A stretch of DNA of 64,000 bases from Schmidtea nova (GCA_044892505.1 CM097882.1:419926001-419990000), one strand, 5' to 3'; shown: positions 44,794 to 59,000, numbered from the stretch's first letter. Notes: generated by a model from the letters alone, not told the origin. Made by a program: numbers and translations.

Positions 44794-45719
44794 TTAATTT
44801 AGTTGATTAGTTTTTTTATTATTTAGATTTGTTTTGATAATATAATTTTGGAAATCTTTTGATTGTTGGTTGATTTTCAAATGAAAGGCCAAATAATAAT
44901 TTTCATTCGTTTCCGTAACTAAATAAACAACCTTCAAATGGACTTTCGAGAGGATTTCGGGACAATCGTCAAATCGAACTATGACATCGTTACCGCCAGA
45001 AAATGCTTGAATTTTATCATTAGATTGTTGTTTGTAATGAACACTACGTAAAAGAATAGAGAAAGGCTCTCTGTGATTTGTTTGGCTATTGATTTGAGAC
45101 CAAGAAAACCAGCTAGCTTCAGGGATTTGAATATCGTTGTTGAGCTTGAATATCAAGCTTATAATCGTGTTGTGACTAGCCAATCGAACTTGTTTATTTG
45201 CATCATGAAAAAATGCAATCACACAAGGCACAGTTAACATTTTACGCAGTCATAATCTCCTTTTATCGCTTTTGTGGTGCACATCTTTGTGATTGTGATC
45301 AATGATTCAGCTAAATCCGTCCTCAAAGACACCTCTGAATCGTTGCAAATTAATATTAGATCATTCAATAATGCTGATGAAATGTTGCTGCTGTTTTCTG
45401 AATATTGTTGGCTCTGAATATCCATCATGGCTTTTTGAAACTCTTGTTTACAATAGAAATAATCTTCACATTTAAATTTCGTTATCAATTGACTTTCAAA
45501 ATTATCATCAGGTGATTCTGTATAATCGGGAAAAGGCCATTCATCAAATTCCAGATAATCTTCATTTAGAACTGCACTGTTCATTAGTAAATTTTTATGT
45601 ATCCTCAATTCAAAATTCAAATCTAAAACTCCATTACTCCAATCATACATTTGAAAAAAACAAATCCCAAAAACTCCAAAAAAAAATATTAAATCAATTT
45701 TACCAAAATAATCACCCAA
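44794..45719 (-). pseudogene. PP4R1-like (HEAT-repeat phosphatase regulatory subunit) N-terminal fragment, with a 1-nt frameshift at about 45240
   Basis: LLNDLILICNDSEVSLRTDLAESLITITKMC and VPCVIAFFHDANKQVRLASHNTIISLI resemble PP4R1 LADDSEPTVRAELMEQV and YLADQNNQVRKTSQAALLALL. Confidence 0.65.
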
Positions 45720-46402
45720 AATTACTCATGCTCACACAGACGCGAGATTTTCTCAACAGCAGCGGACACAGACGCCGACAATCAAACATTCAACGACGCG
45801 CACAGGCGCGATACAAATTCACAAATTGCAGCGCACACAGCCCTGCCCAGGTAGAATGATGTTCACCCGATATATTCGTCAACGTGATCCTATCATTATC
45901 AATGACTTTGAAAATGTTTTCAACAATTTGGTAAACGAATATTCGGCTATTTGTCCAATAATTGTGATTTATTCGACTGTGTTGTATCAAATAAACGTCG
46001 ATGAAAAGGTTTTTCCTTCCTCGTCGCTTTAGTTGTCTCAAATCGCTAGATTATCAAGCGATAAGCTAAAATATAATCTTTCACAATTAAAAATTGATAT
46101 ACCAAAAATTTAAACGAAAAGCATTCCCTCCTATTTTCACTTATCTCAGAGAAAAGAAAAAGTTGGATGAACCTGAATGTCATGCTGCTCATATTCTACC
46201 ACTGCGAGATATCCTTGACAGTGATTCAGCATTTTTCTTCAAATTTTGTAAAAATTTCTCTCTTTCTTGGTCAGAAATTTCACAACTTTCTAATCATCAA
46301 ACACTGACTGACGACCCTGTTTGAACTGACTAATCCAATCTGTGGTGAACCCAACATTTAGGTATGGTGATCTGTTTTATATTAGGCGTTTTATTTTTTT
46401 AG

Positions 46403-47573
46403 TGTTATGAATATAGAGTTGGATCCCCCGCCCCTGCATATTAAGGGCAACGTTATTGTCATTATTTTTATTATTATTTTTATTACGAAGAAATTATTTT
46501 TAAAATTTGAATTTTAAAAATAATTAAGCTTGCTATAGTAATAAACTATAGTAAGCTTACAAATAATTGAAAATTGGTCGATAGTGAAAAAATTAAAATA
46601 TTTTAAATGAAATTATATGAAAGACTATTAAAAAATTAACGAATTTTATAACTAAAGAAACAACAAGAAGACGACGACTATTCAAAGATTAACGAATTTT
46701 ATAACTAAAGAAAACTACAGCAACAATTAGAAAACAAGAAGACGAATATTATTTAAAAATTAACGAATTTTATAACTAAAGAAATAATTACAGTAACAAT
46801 TAAATTAACGAGAAAACGAAGACAATTAAAGCTAACGAATTTACGTGAGTACATGTTTTAGATTATTTCATTTTATTTAATAAAAGAAATAATTACAGTA
46901 ACAATTAAATTAACGAGAAAACGAAGACAATTAAAGCTAACGAATTTACGTGAGTACATGTTTTAGATTATTTCATTTTATTTAATAAAAGTTTGTTTTT
47001 GGAAAAAAAAAATTAAAAAATAATTGATTAAAAATAATAATAATAAAGAAACTACGGAAATTATTAACAGAAGACGAAAAATTCTCTACAACAAGCTGAT
47101 AAAGCTAATAAATAAATTAACGGCTATACGATCAACAACCAGAAAAGAAGATTAAAAGAAAGAGATTGCATCCATCGTAAAAACAAAAACGACAAATTAA
47201 AAATATAAAATTACTATAAAGAAAGATATCATAAATTCTATTTCCCAACAAATTCAATTTCCCAACGCGAATTAGTCGAATAACGTGGAAAGTCTAATAT
47301 ACCATTCAACAGAATCCAAAGTCGCAAAACCAGAAATAATTAACTAATTAAAAGAGTACTCCAAGAGGCCAAAGTCGTAAATCGAGAAGTAACTGACTGA
47401 TTACGTGAGTTTAGTTTTTTGTACCAAATATAGTTAGTTATTAAAATACGTTTGTTCGTTAAATTATTTTTTTTTTCATTTTTGAATTAGTTGTAACTGT
47501 GCACTACACAACACACACCCCGAGTGTCCCAACATTAAATCGGAGACTCTCTCGGGTTCTACAGCTTCTCCTA
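46403..47573 (+). mobile_element. Probable solo LTR related to the 51774-52662 LTR
   Basis: Shared blocks AAAATTTGAATTT...GCTTGCTATAG...CTATAGTAAGC and GCACTACA...CACCCC...GTCCC...GGAGACTCT occur in the same order; internal duplications of about 100 bp. Confidence 0.6.
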
Positions 47574-49689
47574 NNNNNNNNNNNNNNNNNNNNNNNNNNN
47601 NNNNNNNNNNNNNNNNNNNNNNNNNNNNNNNNNNNNNNNNNNNNNNNNNNNNNNNNNNNNNNNNNNNNNNNNNNNNNNNNNNNNNNNNNNNNNNNNNNNN
47701 NNNNNNNNNNNNNNNNNNNNNNNNNNNNNNNNNNNNNNNNNNNNNNNNNNNNNNNNNNNNNNNNNNNNNNNNNNNNNNNNNNNNNNNNGCATAGATAAGT
47801 TTATATATATAAATAGTTGCATATATATATAAGTTGCATGTAATATTTGCTAACTGCTATCACCACGCAAAACAAAGAATATAATCGCACTTCGATACAT
47901 GACAGAATGTAGTATGATTTGACAAATAAATTGAAAATGTGCTCTCCCGCGCTGCTATGCAGGTGCATATTAAAACAAACTACAATATTGTAACTGTGAG
48001 TATTGTCAATTGTAAACCTTAAGTTAATAGTTTAAAATTAAATTAAAGTTAATTTGTACTAGTTAATTTGGAGTCGTGTAATATTTTTGTTGAATGTTTG
48101 ACTGTATCAAAGAAGGAAATTAATGTTAATAAATAATTAAATGTTATACCATATATTATTAAAACTGAAAACTTATATTGAATGAATGTATTACTCCACA
48201 GTAACCATAGATAATATATGATTTTGCTAGAATATTGTGAAAGTAATATTATTTTTATGGGGTAGTCCGGGTTGAGCGCACCACGTATTTATAAAACACA
48301 ATGTAATATCATAGAAAAATTTGCTTTTATATAAAAATATAATGAATGCATCCCTGCAAGAAATTCTACAAAATAAATTTAAAGTTTGGCATCAGCAAGT
48401 CAAGTTGTTAGTTATTAATGTTAGAAAAAATTGCAATGAAGCTAATATTCAATGTATCCAAGAGTTTATTATATTTAATCATCATTTTAATTTGATAATA
48501 TTAAGTTAATTATTTAAAACTGAAACAATGAAAATATCGGAATCAAAAAACCAAATAAATTTTTCAATTTTACCCAATAAAATTATATTTAATCATCATT
48601 TTAGTTTGATAATATTCAGATAATAATTTAAAACTGAAACAATGAAAATATCGGAATCAAAAAACCAAATAAATTTTTCAATTTTACCCAATAAATCACT
48701 AATACCTTTTTGAAAACGTTTTCAAGATTGTATTTTTGGAATTCCATCCAACGATCGTTTCCCAAAATAAGTTTAGTCATTTTCCAAGTTTCTGAACACT
48801 CAATTTGCCTAGAATAACTATTAAACGTTTTTGCATGTGATTTTTGTGTGCTAGTATTAGTTTTCTATAAAAAACAAAATAATTTCATCAAAAGATTGAT
48901 TTAACCTCTGGTTTATTGATTCCTGTAAATTTATTATCACCCAGAACCGAATGAAAGTTACAATTGGAAACCTATAATAATATTAAAAATCATTATGATA
49001 TTATTTATTTATTTCTAAAGGCTTTTTCGCAATGAAAAATTAACATTTAAGCAAAAATTCTGAATTTTAGGAATATTTATTTAAATTTTTAGAGAAAAAA
49101 AAATAATCTAACTACTAAATAAAATGTTTTATCATGTTATAATTAATAATTCAATATTTAATTAATGCTACTAACACGAAACCACAATTTTATAATATCA
49201 TTATTATTAAATCTTGCATAGAACCCTCAGAACGATTAATATTAATAACTTTCTATATTTGTGTGGCTTGTAGTAAAATTGTGTGTCAATATAAAGGCAT
49301 TTTATAAATTTAAGTGGACATAATAAAATTTGTGTGTGATGAAGTAATTTTATGTAAATAAAATAAAATTTATGTGCGAAAAATACCCAAGTCTCAAAAA
49401 TAAGCATGTAATTGAAATAAAAATACATTGCTGAAGGTAAGAGAATATTAGACTTCAAATGAAGTCACTGTTTGGTAACAAGATTTATGAAAATGTATAA
49501 TCTATATGAGGGAGTAATCACTGCGACAAAATATTGGTAAGAAAAGAGAGCTAAAATACCTTCGAAAATTTTGTTAAAGAAAATATTCTAGGTACTAAAC
49601 TACAACAAATAGGAAACATGTATGAAGTTCCCATATCTTTCGATATGCCATAAAATTTTACTGTAAATAAAAGGTAAAGAGAACATAAT

Positions 49690-50000
49690 ACATCTACGAC
49701 GGATTCCGAAAAATGTAATTTTACAGTTATTTTTTATGTACTTTCTGATGCTAGTAAACTTCAACCTTTTGTGATATTTGAAAGATAGACTACCAAAAGA
49801 AGAATTTCCTAGGCGTAATAGTTTTTGCCGATCCAAAAGGTTGGATGACAAAAGAGGTGTTTAATCCATGTGTTCAAAGGTTTTTGAAGAAGGCGTTAAT
49901 TATATTCGGCTTAGTTTAACCTCACTTAACAGAAAAGTTAAAAATTGTTTAACAATCGTTGATAATCTTGGAAGACTAGCAAAATTACTTCAACCTTTAG
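49690..50000 (+). mobile_element. Highly decayed pogo/Tigger-like (DDE_1) transposase remnant
   Basis: Fragments SDASKLQPFVIF, PKGWMTKEVF and GRLAKLLQPLD. Confidence 0.55.
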
Positions 50001-51773
50001 ATCTTTATGTTTTGGGTGATTGGTGAATATAATACTTATAAGAAAGGTGGAAACATCAAAAGAGCTTATTATATTGAGTTTTGTCACGGGATTATGCAAT
50101 AATGGAATTCTATAACACCCGTGAATAAAAATTGGCTTCAGAAACTTGAGTATTATGGTATCTTATTATGGTAATTTATTAGACTTTGGGGTATATCAAA
50201 AGGAATTAAATTAAATAAAATAAAATTATTAAATATTAAATATTTGGTATAATAAAAGTAAAAATTAAATTTTCTCATTTGTACAAATTTTATTAACTTT
50301 TAAATTATTGATTTATCAAACAATAGTTTGAAAAAAAAATTTCGTAGACTTAGAAATTAAAAATACCATACTGATAACGAATATCTCTACAGAAAAATTA
50401 AAAGAATTCGAAGTATAGCTCAGGAGGGCCATCGAATAATATTTTTCACATGGATTGAGTATCATTTTCTATATGAAAGATGTTTTACTTCGTGCTTGAG
50501 ATATAATGAAATTTAATAGATATTAATTATATTAAATGCTTGCGGTTTTTTATATAAATTAGAATATTAGTTGTGATCGACATTCTTATATCTTGTGCAA
50601 TTGATTTGATCAAAATTTAGTGAATTTGTATTAGAAAAAGTTTTAATTTTGTTCAGTCTCAGTTATTAAATAATTTAAATTTTATTAATACTGAGACTTA
50701 AGTCAAACATATCATACGGTAAGTCAAATCAAAAAAGATTAAAGTTTAAAGCGATGATTTTCAACTCATACATGCTTACCAAAGATGATTTGAACTCTTA
50801 ATATATAAGACGCCGTAATATACTCGTATTATTACAGTATATATATTTTAACAATGTCTTACCATATGTGCAGGTATTTTCAGTAAGTGTTATCATAAAA
50901 GTATACTCTCTAATTTTATCGATATATGTGAGATTTGTAAGTATTTTTTGACAATTTTGTTGATGTATATTTGTTAATTTTAAATTAATTTTATGTTAAA
51001 TATTGGATTATTCGATTTTGAGAAACTAATTTCATTCAAATATTTTGCAATTGGAAAATGATATTTTGGATTTGGGTGATGAATAAATAGATTTTTATAT
51101 ATTTATTTAAATTAATGACTTAAATAGTATCATTATATCTTTGTGATACTATTTCAATAGTATCACTAATACTATTTAGCGTTGTCCGTCAGTTAAGAAT
51201 ATACATGTGTGAAAACATCAAAGAGCAAGAGTGTAATTCATGAAAAATTTCCCTTTTCAGAAATACTGAACAACTTTTCAAGAAACTCTCAGCATTCTAC
51301 ACCAACTGAAAACTTGCAAATTTAGGAACAATTATTTTTTAAACAAATTAATATTCATCTCTAAACTAAGGCCTGTAAATATAATTATATAGAACAGTTG
51401 GAAGAATTATTCGGAAATACTCCCGATGAGAATCCGCAAAGAAATAAATAAATTGATAAATTAATTAATCGATTAAATCCTGCAACCATTGCTCAAGTAA
51501 AACTAGATCCATTGGGCCTTCGGCATTGAGAATCATTTTTAATTACTCTCATTATTTATAATAAGAAGCATTTCTATCATTTCATGGAATCGAGCATTCA
51601 AATGGTAATAATAGATAAAGAATAAGCAAAATTAGATTTTGATTTAGAATCGATACAATTGTAGAAAATAGCGACTATGGAATTTAGTTCTCAATTAATT
51701 TATGAAATGTATATGTTCTATAGTGTAATGTACAGAAATGTTCGATAATTGTTGTTGTTTTTATTATTGTGAA

Positions 51774-52662
51774 TGTTATTGTGTATAACTGAACCCCTCT
51801 TTTTTTCAATTTACTGCGAGCACAATGTTTTTCATTATAATTAGGATTTTTATATTTTTTATAATTTTAATTTAAAATTTGAATTTGGCTTGCTATAGCA
51901 CATTGCTATAGTAAGCCAAACTACAAATAACGATTGACAAAATAAATAAATTCGATTTAAAAACATTAAATTGTGGCTGTAAGGAAGAAGTTTTAATATT
52001 TAATTAGAAGATTAGTCCTTTAACTGGAAGATTCTATCATTCAGAAGAGTTATCGTTTAATCAAATTCAAGCTATCAAATTAAAGCTATTAAATTCAAGC
52101 TATCAAATTCAAGCTATCAAATTCAAGCTATCAAATTCAAGCTATCAAATTCAAGCTATCAAATTCAAGCTATCAAATTAAAGCTATTAAATTCAAGCTA
52201 TCAAATTCAAGCTATCAAATTCAAGCTATCAAATTCAAGCTATCAAATTCAAGCTATCAAATTCAAGCTATTAAATTCAAGCTATCAAATTCAAGCTATC
52301 AAAGCTATCAATTCAAGCTGTCAAACTCAAGAAATAAATATTAAAAAGATAAATATTTCCAATTGCTGGGAGTAATCAAAGTACTGTGAGTATTTGTGGT
52401 TTTGTGTTTTAAAATACAATTTTGTAAACTAATTAGTTTTATTCGTGATAGTTATAGTTGTATTAACTCATAAACGCACGCACTACAAGAGACATATAAA
52501 AGCACCCCAATTGTCCCCACAATAATTTCTAGGAGACTCTTTTGGGCTCTTACAAATCCTTAAACACTCAGCAATACACATTAACGAGCACACATCACAA
52601 ATAACTAACAAATAATTAATAATAATAACTCACAAATAACTAAATAACGAACTCATAATAAC
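51774..52662 (+). mobile_element. 5' LTR of a Ty3/gypsy element with an internal 14-bp tandem repeat
   Basis: It precedes the PBS and gag; ATTCAAGCTATCAA is repeated about 18 times at 52064-52330. Boundaries are approximate. Confidence 0.6.
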
Positions 52663-52674
52663 TGGTGTCAGAAG
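52663..52674 (+). promoter_or_regulatory. Primer-binding site (tRNA-Leu-like)
   Basis: TGGTGTCAGAAG lies immediately after the LTR and before gag. Confidence 0.7.
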
Positions 52675-52770
52675 GTAAAAACAGCTTTACATAATCGTGA
52701 TTTGTTTTGTTTTTCAAACGGGAAATCTTTTAGCATACCTATTATAGAGGTATAAAGACTACCGTCTCTG

Positions 52771-53805
52771 TTGGTCGAATACAGTAGACCATATACTTTA
52801 ACGACTCTCATTTTTTTTCACAACAAACAAATAAAACAACACTACACACAAAGACAAATAGCATCGAAACAACAAAACCTAACAAACAATCCCCAAACAC
52901 ACAACAACGAAACCACACCCAACCAAGAAGAGAACACCAACTATTATTACACCCATGAAAACCATCACACCATAAATACAAATAATAAACCCCAAGGCAA
53001 ACATTCCAAATTACTTACAGACGAGAACGGCACACCCCAAAAAATGGATAGAATTCTCAAATCGACAAAAAGCTTATGCTCCCACACAATAGTCGGCCTA
53101 CCTAGCAATATTTTAATTGAAATCGCAGACCGAATCGACGAAATAGCGAAAAGCGACGACCCATTTAATCTAATATATACAACCTTACTAAACAGAAACA
53201 AGGTGAACAGGAGGGAAGTATTGGAGTCTTGCTTAAAAGATATACAGCTTGGAAATGACAAACCAAGCGAATTTCTGCGAAATCTGAAGAGCAAATTAGA
53301 ATTTTTACCACCCAAAATCACAAATGCGGATCAAAATGATTTCGTGAAAGACCTACTCATGAGGGCAATGCCACAATATATAAGACGCATCTTAGCCGCA
53401 AATGACAGCACAGACCTCGACAAAATAGCCGATATCGCGGACAAAATAAATGACGAAATATTCCCAACAGTTTGCAAAACATACCGAAAACAGCACTCTA
53501 ATAACGATACCAATCTTCTACTGAACTCGTTAATAAATAAAGTCGACGAGGTCCTAATAGAAAACAAGAACCTCTGGAACAATTTACAAGAGGTACAAGC
53601 GAAAGAAATGAAAAGAAACCAACTCAACCAAAACAATCAAAAAAACCACACAGAACAAAACCCAAATTTTAACCGATACAATAACCCAAACAACAACTAC
53701 ATGCAAAATGAAAATTGGTGTTACTTTCACAATAGATTTGGGGACAAGGCTTTCAAGTGCAAAGCACCTTGTACCTTCCGCGACAAAAATCAGGAAAACA
53801 ATTAA
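52771..53805 (+). CDS. gag: Ty3/gypsy Gag
   Basis: QLGNDKPSEFLR, LLMRAMPQYIRRIL, LDKIADIAD and a C-terminal WCYFHNRFGDKAFKCKAPCTF knuckle. Confidence 0.9.
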   Translation: MVEYSRPYTLTTLIFFHNKQIKQHYTQRQIASKQQNLTNNPQTHNNETTPNQEENTNYYYTHENHHTINTNNKPQGKHSKLLTDENGTPQKMDRILKSTKSLCSHTIVGLPSNILIEIADRIDEIAKSDDPFNLIYTTLLNRNKVNRREVLESCLKDIQLGNDKPSEFLRNLKSKLEFLPPKITNADQNDFVKDLLMRAMPQYIRRILAANDSTDLDKIADIADKINDEIFPTVCKTYRKQHSNNDTNLLLNSLINKVDEVLIENKNLWNNLQEVQAKEMKRNQLNQNNQKNHTEQNPNFNRYNNPNNNYMQNENWCYFHNRFGDKAFKCKAPCTFRDKNQENN

Positions 53806-54941
53806 AGTCGCCAATGACAGCACCGACATTTGGCGACTACGAAACATTCACGGCGCAAAGCAACAATATAAATTTTCTTGTTGATTCCGGTTCAATAGTA
53901 AGTCTGTTATCAAGTTATTTATTCCAATCCTTAAAAGAAGGAAACTACAAACTGTGCGCAGCAAACGGCAGCAAATTCAAAACTTACGGCAAACAACAAT
54001 TAACCATCAATATAAATAAAACAGACTACAACTGGGAATTTATCATCGCCGACGTGAAACAGGCCATTTTAGGAGCCGATTTCCTAGCGAAATACAACTT
54101 GCTAGTAGACTGCCGAAATAAAAAAATAATACAAAATACTTTCGAAACAGAAAAATGCACAAACAACAAACCTAACCGGAAAAACTTTATAACCCTAACA
54201 AATTGTGACATCGGAGTAATAACCACAAACACAACCAAAATACAACCAAAAGGCTTACAAACTAAAAATACAACAAAATGCGAAAAAACAAACACAGAAA
54301 ATACTATACCAAAAGAAATCAAAGACTTACTCAAAAACTACCCTACAATCACAGTTAAACTATCAATAGGAACCACAAATAAATGCATCACAGAACACGC
54401 CATCATAACAAACGGTAACACAGTCCACGCCAAAGTAAGACAACTAGACAACAAAAAATTCATAATAACAAAAGAAATATTCGATGACCTACTAGAAAAC
54501 AGAATTATTCAACACTCCTATTCAAACAGGTCATCCGCACTTATGCTAAAAGAAAAAGCAAATGGCGAATGGAGAGCATGCGAAGATTACAGAGCCTTGA
54601 ACAATATCACAATACCCGATAAATACCCTATACCAATAATCAACGACATCATAAACAGAATACATAACCCAAATTATTTCAGTAAAATCGACCTATAAAA
54701 AGCATACTACCAAATTCCGGTGCGTGAAGAAGACATAAAAAACGTTATAATAACGCCGATCGGGCTATATGAATACAACCGAATGCCGTTCGGTTTAAAA
54801 GACGCAGCCGCTACTTTCCTAAGGTTCATGGATCAAATCCTGAGAAACCACAGGAATACAGTAGCGTATTTAGATGACATCCTAATCGCATCAACAAACA
54901 GAATCGAACATATTCAGGATTTTAATGTATATGTTCAATAG
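53757..54941 (+). pseudogene. pol: Ty3/gypsy Pol (protease plus truncated RT) in the -1 frame, with in-frame TAA at 54696-54698
   Basis: FLVDSGS, ILGADFL, WRACEDYRALN, FSKIDL*KAYYQIP, MPFGL and YLDDILIAS; homology ends just after YLDD. Confidence 0.92.
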
Positions 54942-54993
54942 CCTAAAATGTCGAAATTATATCGCTCTTTGATAGCGAATATAAATTCTTTAA

Positions 54994-55228
54994 CCTCTTG
55001 AGACAAGCGATATAATACGTAAATATCCTGGACACAAGTTTACAGGAATGAACTAGTATGCGATTTGTAACTATATGGGTAACTAATGTATAAAGTATAA
55101 CATATGCAGTTATGTTCGTTTACTTCATAACATTTAACATTAAATGTATTGATTCGGATATATCCGTCTTATGATATGCACTATAAAATTGTACATGGAG
55201 TGTATTTTCGTCATATAAACCCAAGAAG
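54994..55228. mobile_element. Possible piggyBac-type MITE
   Basis: Flanked by TTAA on both sides, with short imperfect TIRs CCTCTTG / CAAGAAG. Confidence 0.4.
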
Positions 55229-56299
55229 TTAATGAAAACTTTCATCATTTCTTACAATCATCGGTTGCGATCGCTGTTGAGTTCAATGAGGAATTATAAA
55301 ATTCTTTTCCTAGTCTTTTTTATTTTCTCAACTTTCATCCATTTTTTCAATTATTACAATTATGTACGGCATACGATCGCACAATTTTACATTGTTTTGC
55401 ATTGATTCATTTCCAAAATTTTTCTGTATAAATATAGAAAAAGAGATTGCAATATTTTAACACAAATTCAAAGTTAAAGAATTGTATTTTAAAACAGTTG
55501 TTTTAAATTAGGAAAAAGAATATTCTAGTTGTGTGTAGATTTTAAAAATTTTGCTGAAAATTACAATTTTTTATTTGTTTTTTATTTTAAATTTTGTTAA
55601 AATTTATTATAAATGTATTTAAATAATTTAAAAGAAACGATTGGGTATTGAAACAAAAGGTAATAAAATGTGGGGGTGGTAATTCTGATTGGTTGAAATT
55701 CAAACGCCTACGCACAAAAACAGACTTATAATGTACCAAAACTTACTAAACCGATTTTTACTAGCGTTTGACTATCAAAACTGTTTTATTAGCGGACGAA
55801 AATTTTTTTAAATAGGTAACTCAAAACTATTTTGATAACTATTTTTTGTCAACGAGAATTTGTTTGTAAACCTTTGAAATATAATCAAGTAAGAGTTAGT
55901 TTTGTCTTTAAGGGTTACTTATTGCTGGTCCCATCTCACAAAATATCTCAAAGAGTTTGGAAAAATCTGGGACCTATTGGAATTCAACTTTTCCCTCTTC
56001 CAAAGTTCATTCAAGGAAGAATTCGGCTCAAGTCACTAGTCGACCAGCTCATCAAGGGGTCTTTAGGAGTATCCACTCACAAAATCAATAAATAGGTTTA
56101 GATATTGATGTAAAGGATTTCCACAAGCGATATTGCTGAAATGCTCACAGACAGTAATTTAATGGACAAAGCACCACTACAGAGTAAACCCAATTAATAA
56201 ATTTTATCTATGAAGGTTATAGATGAGTATTTACATAATCGTCTTCAGGTTTTCCGTTAAATAACGTTTATTCATTGAAATTGTATCATGAGATTGTAA

Positions 56300-57230
56300 T
56301 AGCTGTCACCATTATCGAGCACTTCATCCGAGAGAATTAGGTCCTGAAAGAGGCTCCACCAATGCATTATGGGGACCCAACCATCATAACGGCTACTAGA
56401 AGATCTATCACGGAACGTCGGGAAATCCAATTCATCTAGGGATTATGAAGACGTTGGGGAGATTTGTGAAGAACCTGTGAAGACCAAATTATTATTATCG
56501 GAGAAGTCATTGGAATTCGAGTGACCAAATATACCCATTAGCTCTTTTTGTGTATAAATTTTTATGGTCAATCATTTTCAGGTTTCCTATTTGGTTAATG
56601 ATTCTAATATAACGTACGGATTCATGTAAAGCTTTTCTGAGTCAACATTAAATATGGCGAGATAAATAGTTGTGGGACCCGGTAGTAAACGTGTGATGTC
56701 TATTTGGTAGTAGTTTGAAAGAATTTCGATTGATTTTAGAATGCATTAGTGTTTAGTAATGGAAATTTCATCAAAGAAAATTCTGATCTGCAGTTGTGAC
56801 ATGACTAACTCGAAAACCAGTGAGAAAATGGTCCAAAACTTACAAGTCACTCTGGATCAAATGGCTGCTACATAGACCCCTCAACAACTGGAACACGATT
56901 TATATTGGAAGATTGAGCAATTGAAGCGGGTCAAAACTGACGTTCTAACTGAAAATGGAGCCTTGAAATTTCTTTTCCGTGAATTTCAAAATTCAGAAAT
57001 ATAAAAATTCACAGGGAAAGAATTAACTCTGTAGATTTGGCCTATGATAAAAGATACTAGGCCAAGCGGAGAGCATCGATCAGATCCAACACCAATAATC
57101 GATACCAAATCGAAATCCTTAAAGAAATCGAAGACGTAGACGGTCAAACAAGGAAACCCGTTTCCAAAACAAGCGGAAATGAGAATCGAATACTGAATAA
57201 GAATGAGTTAATGTGCGCGATAATGTATAC
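56300..57230 (+). pseudogene. Probable third, strongly decayed copy of the gene A/gene B cassette
   Basis: Scattered matches only: RFPIWLM versus IPQWLI/VPRWLI, ELTL*IW versus TTFDRW/ITFERW, QAEMRIE versus AERMGIE. Confidence 0.35.
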
Positions 57231-58239
57231 TTGCGTCTGAAAATGAATCCCTGAATATGTACAATTTAAATTTCTTAAATGTTTTCTATTTTCATGGTAT
57301 ATTTTTATTTTCGTGCATAACAATAAATCAGGCTAAGCTCATCGTCATGGTTAAATTTTTATTCTGATAAGGAAGCTGTGTCAAAGATCCATTGATGTTT
57401 CTTGTAAAGACTTTTCGTGTATTCTATCGGTACAGGAAATTAAGAGAGGATAAGGCGGCAAAGCGCACTTACTATCAATATAGCCTACCGACCATCGATA
57501 TACAGTATCCAATCACGCATTTATGAGTATACTTGATAAGAAAATGAAGGTCGTGAGAACACTATTTAATGTACTAAATATAGCAAACCAGAGTTAAAAT
57601 ACCACCAGCAATCCACCAGAACTAAGAAACAATTTGGATTTCTTTATTTTAATTAATTATTTTTTCATCATCAGCAATTACTATTGTTTCTTCAGATAAA
57701 AAAAAGATGTTTCCATGGAACTTGTAACAAATAAGTTTTTTAATATATCTAATTCTTTATTATGCATTTAATATTTATGTATAATTTCAATACCGGTTTT
57801 AACAAAATTATAGTTTGATAAAGGTTTTATGATATTCATCATCGGCAAATAATTGACTAGCCCAATTTCCAAAATTATCATCGCCAAATAAATATTTAGT
57901 TATTTTTTCTGAATTAGAAAACAATACAAAATAAATGTAATATTAACTCAAGAATTATTCCGTATTTAATTATTTCAAATTTTTACACAAACTAAATGAT
58001 TTACAATAGTATTTACCATTCTTTAAATAATCAATCAAACTTAAAATTATTTAAAAATATAATATCTAAATAATATCTAGATCCGTTTTAATTCTTTCAT
58101 TGGAGTAAATACGATTTTAATTTAAAAATTTAAGAAAAATTCAAAGTATTTTGGACCAAGCTTATTTATTTTGGCGTGGATAAATAAATAAGTGTAATCT
58201 CAAGAGACTAGAAGATTACTTTTAATTTTATAGTAAATG

Positions 58240-59000
58240 GCAACAAAATTGGATGCACAATAAAATTCAACACACAAGAAGATCCAGTCACATTCAAGAA
58301 TGACATCTCAACGGTATCACAAACTCTACACTGGATGGAGAAAGACGCATATTACCAGAAATGATACGATGTGACTTGCTAGGGATACATCCTCAGACAA
58401 CCAACAACCGAATTCATGGAATTCAAGACACTAGACTACTACCGGATCCCGAATGGAAATTCCTTATCAAAGCAAGGACAAATATGCTAGACATCGGGAT
58501 GAAACAGTCAAATCAGGGAGGAAGGCTAGGATCCATCAAATGCAGAAGATACGAATATGTAATTAACTATTGCAGACACGGAGACAGGCTAAGAACAAAT
58601 AAACATAATGAGATACAAAAAAAATATTGGTTGAGATGCTAAAGAGAAGAATCATAAGTTTTGAAATAGAAACTAGACTAAAAGAATCCAGACTAATGCT
58701 AATGCCTGATATCGTTATAAGACAGCACATCAAATAACAATACTAGACATAAAATGCCAATTTGACGAAAAATCTGCTGTTGAATTAGCCAGAAGCAAAC
58801 CACGATAAATACCGAGAACTCACCAAAGAAATTCAACAGGAAACCAAAGTAAAAACAACAGAGGTAACATTCGCCGTCTGCTCCTTAGGAATCTGAGACA
58901 AAAGAAATAATGAGGTGCTGAGAGCACTTGGATTCAAATTCAAAGAATATCAAAGGAAGAGATGGGTGATCAGAGGATCCAGAAAGACCTACGAAAACCC
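58240..59000 (+). mobile_element. 3' remnant of an RLE-type non-LTR retrotransposon (NeSL/R2-like)
   Basis: WKFLIKARTNML, a CCHC-like CRR...NYC...KHN, PDIVI, ILDIKCQFD and VCSLGI* occur across frameshifts. Confidence 0.75.

Noticed and set aside
1517-47822. ORF-track entries made mostly of X (e.g. 1517, 6671, 7578, 18794-19348, 39040, 43330, 47499)
   Set aside because: They are artefacts of N-masked sequence.
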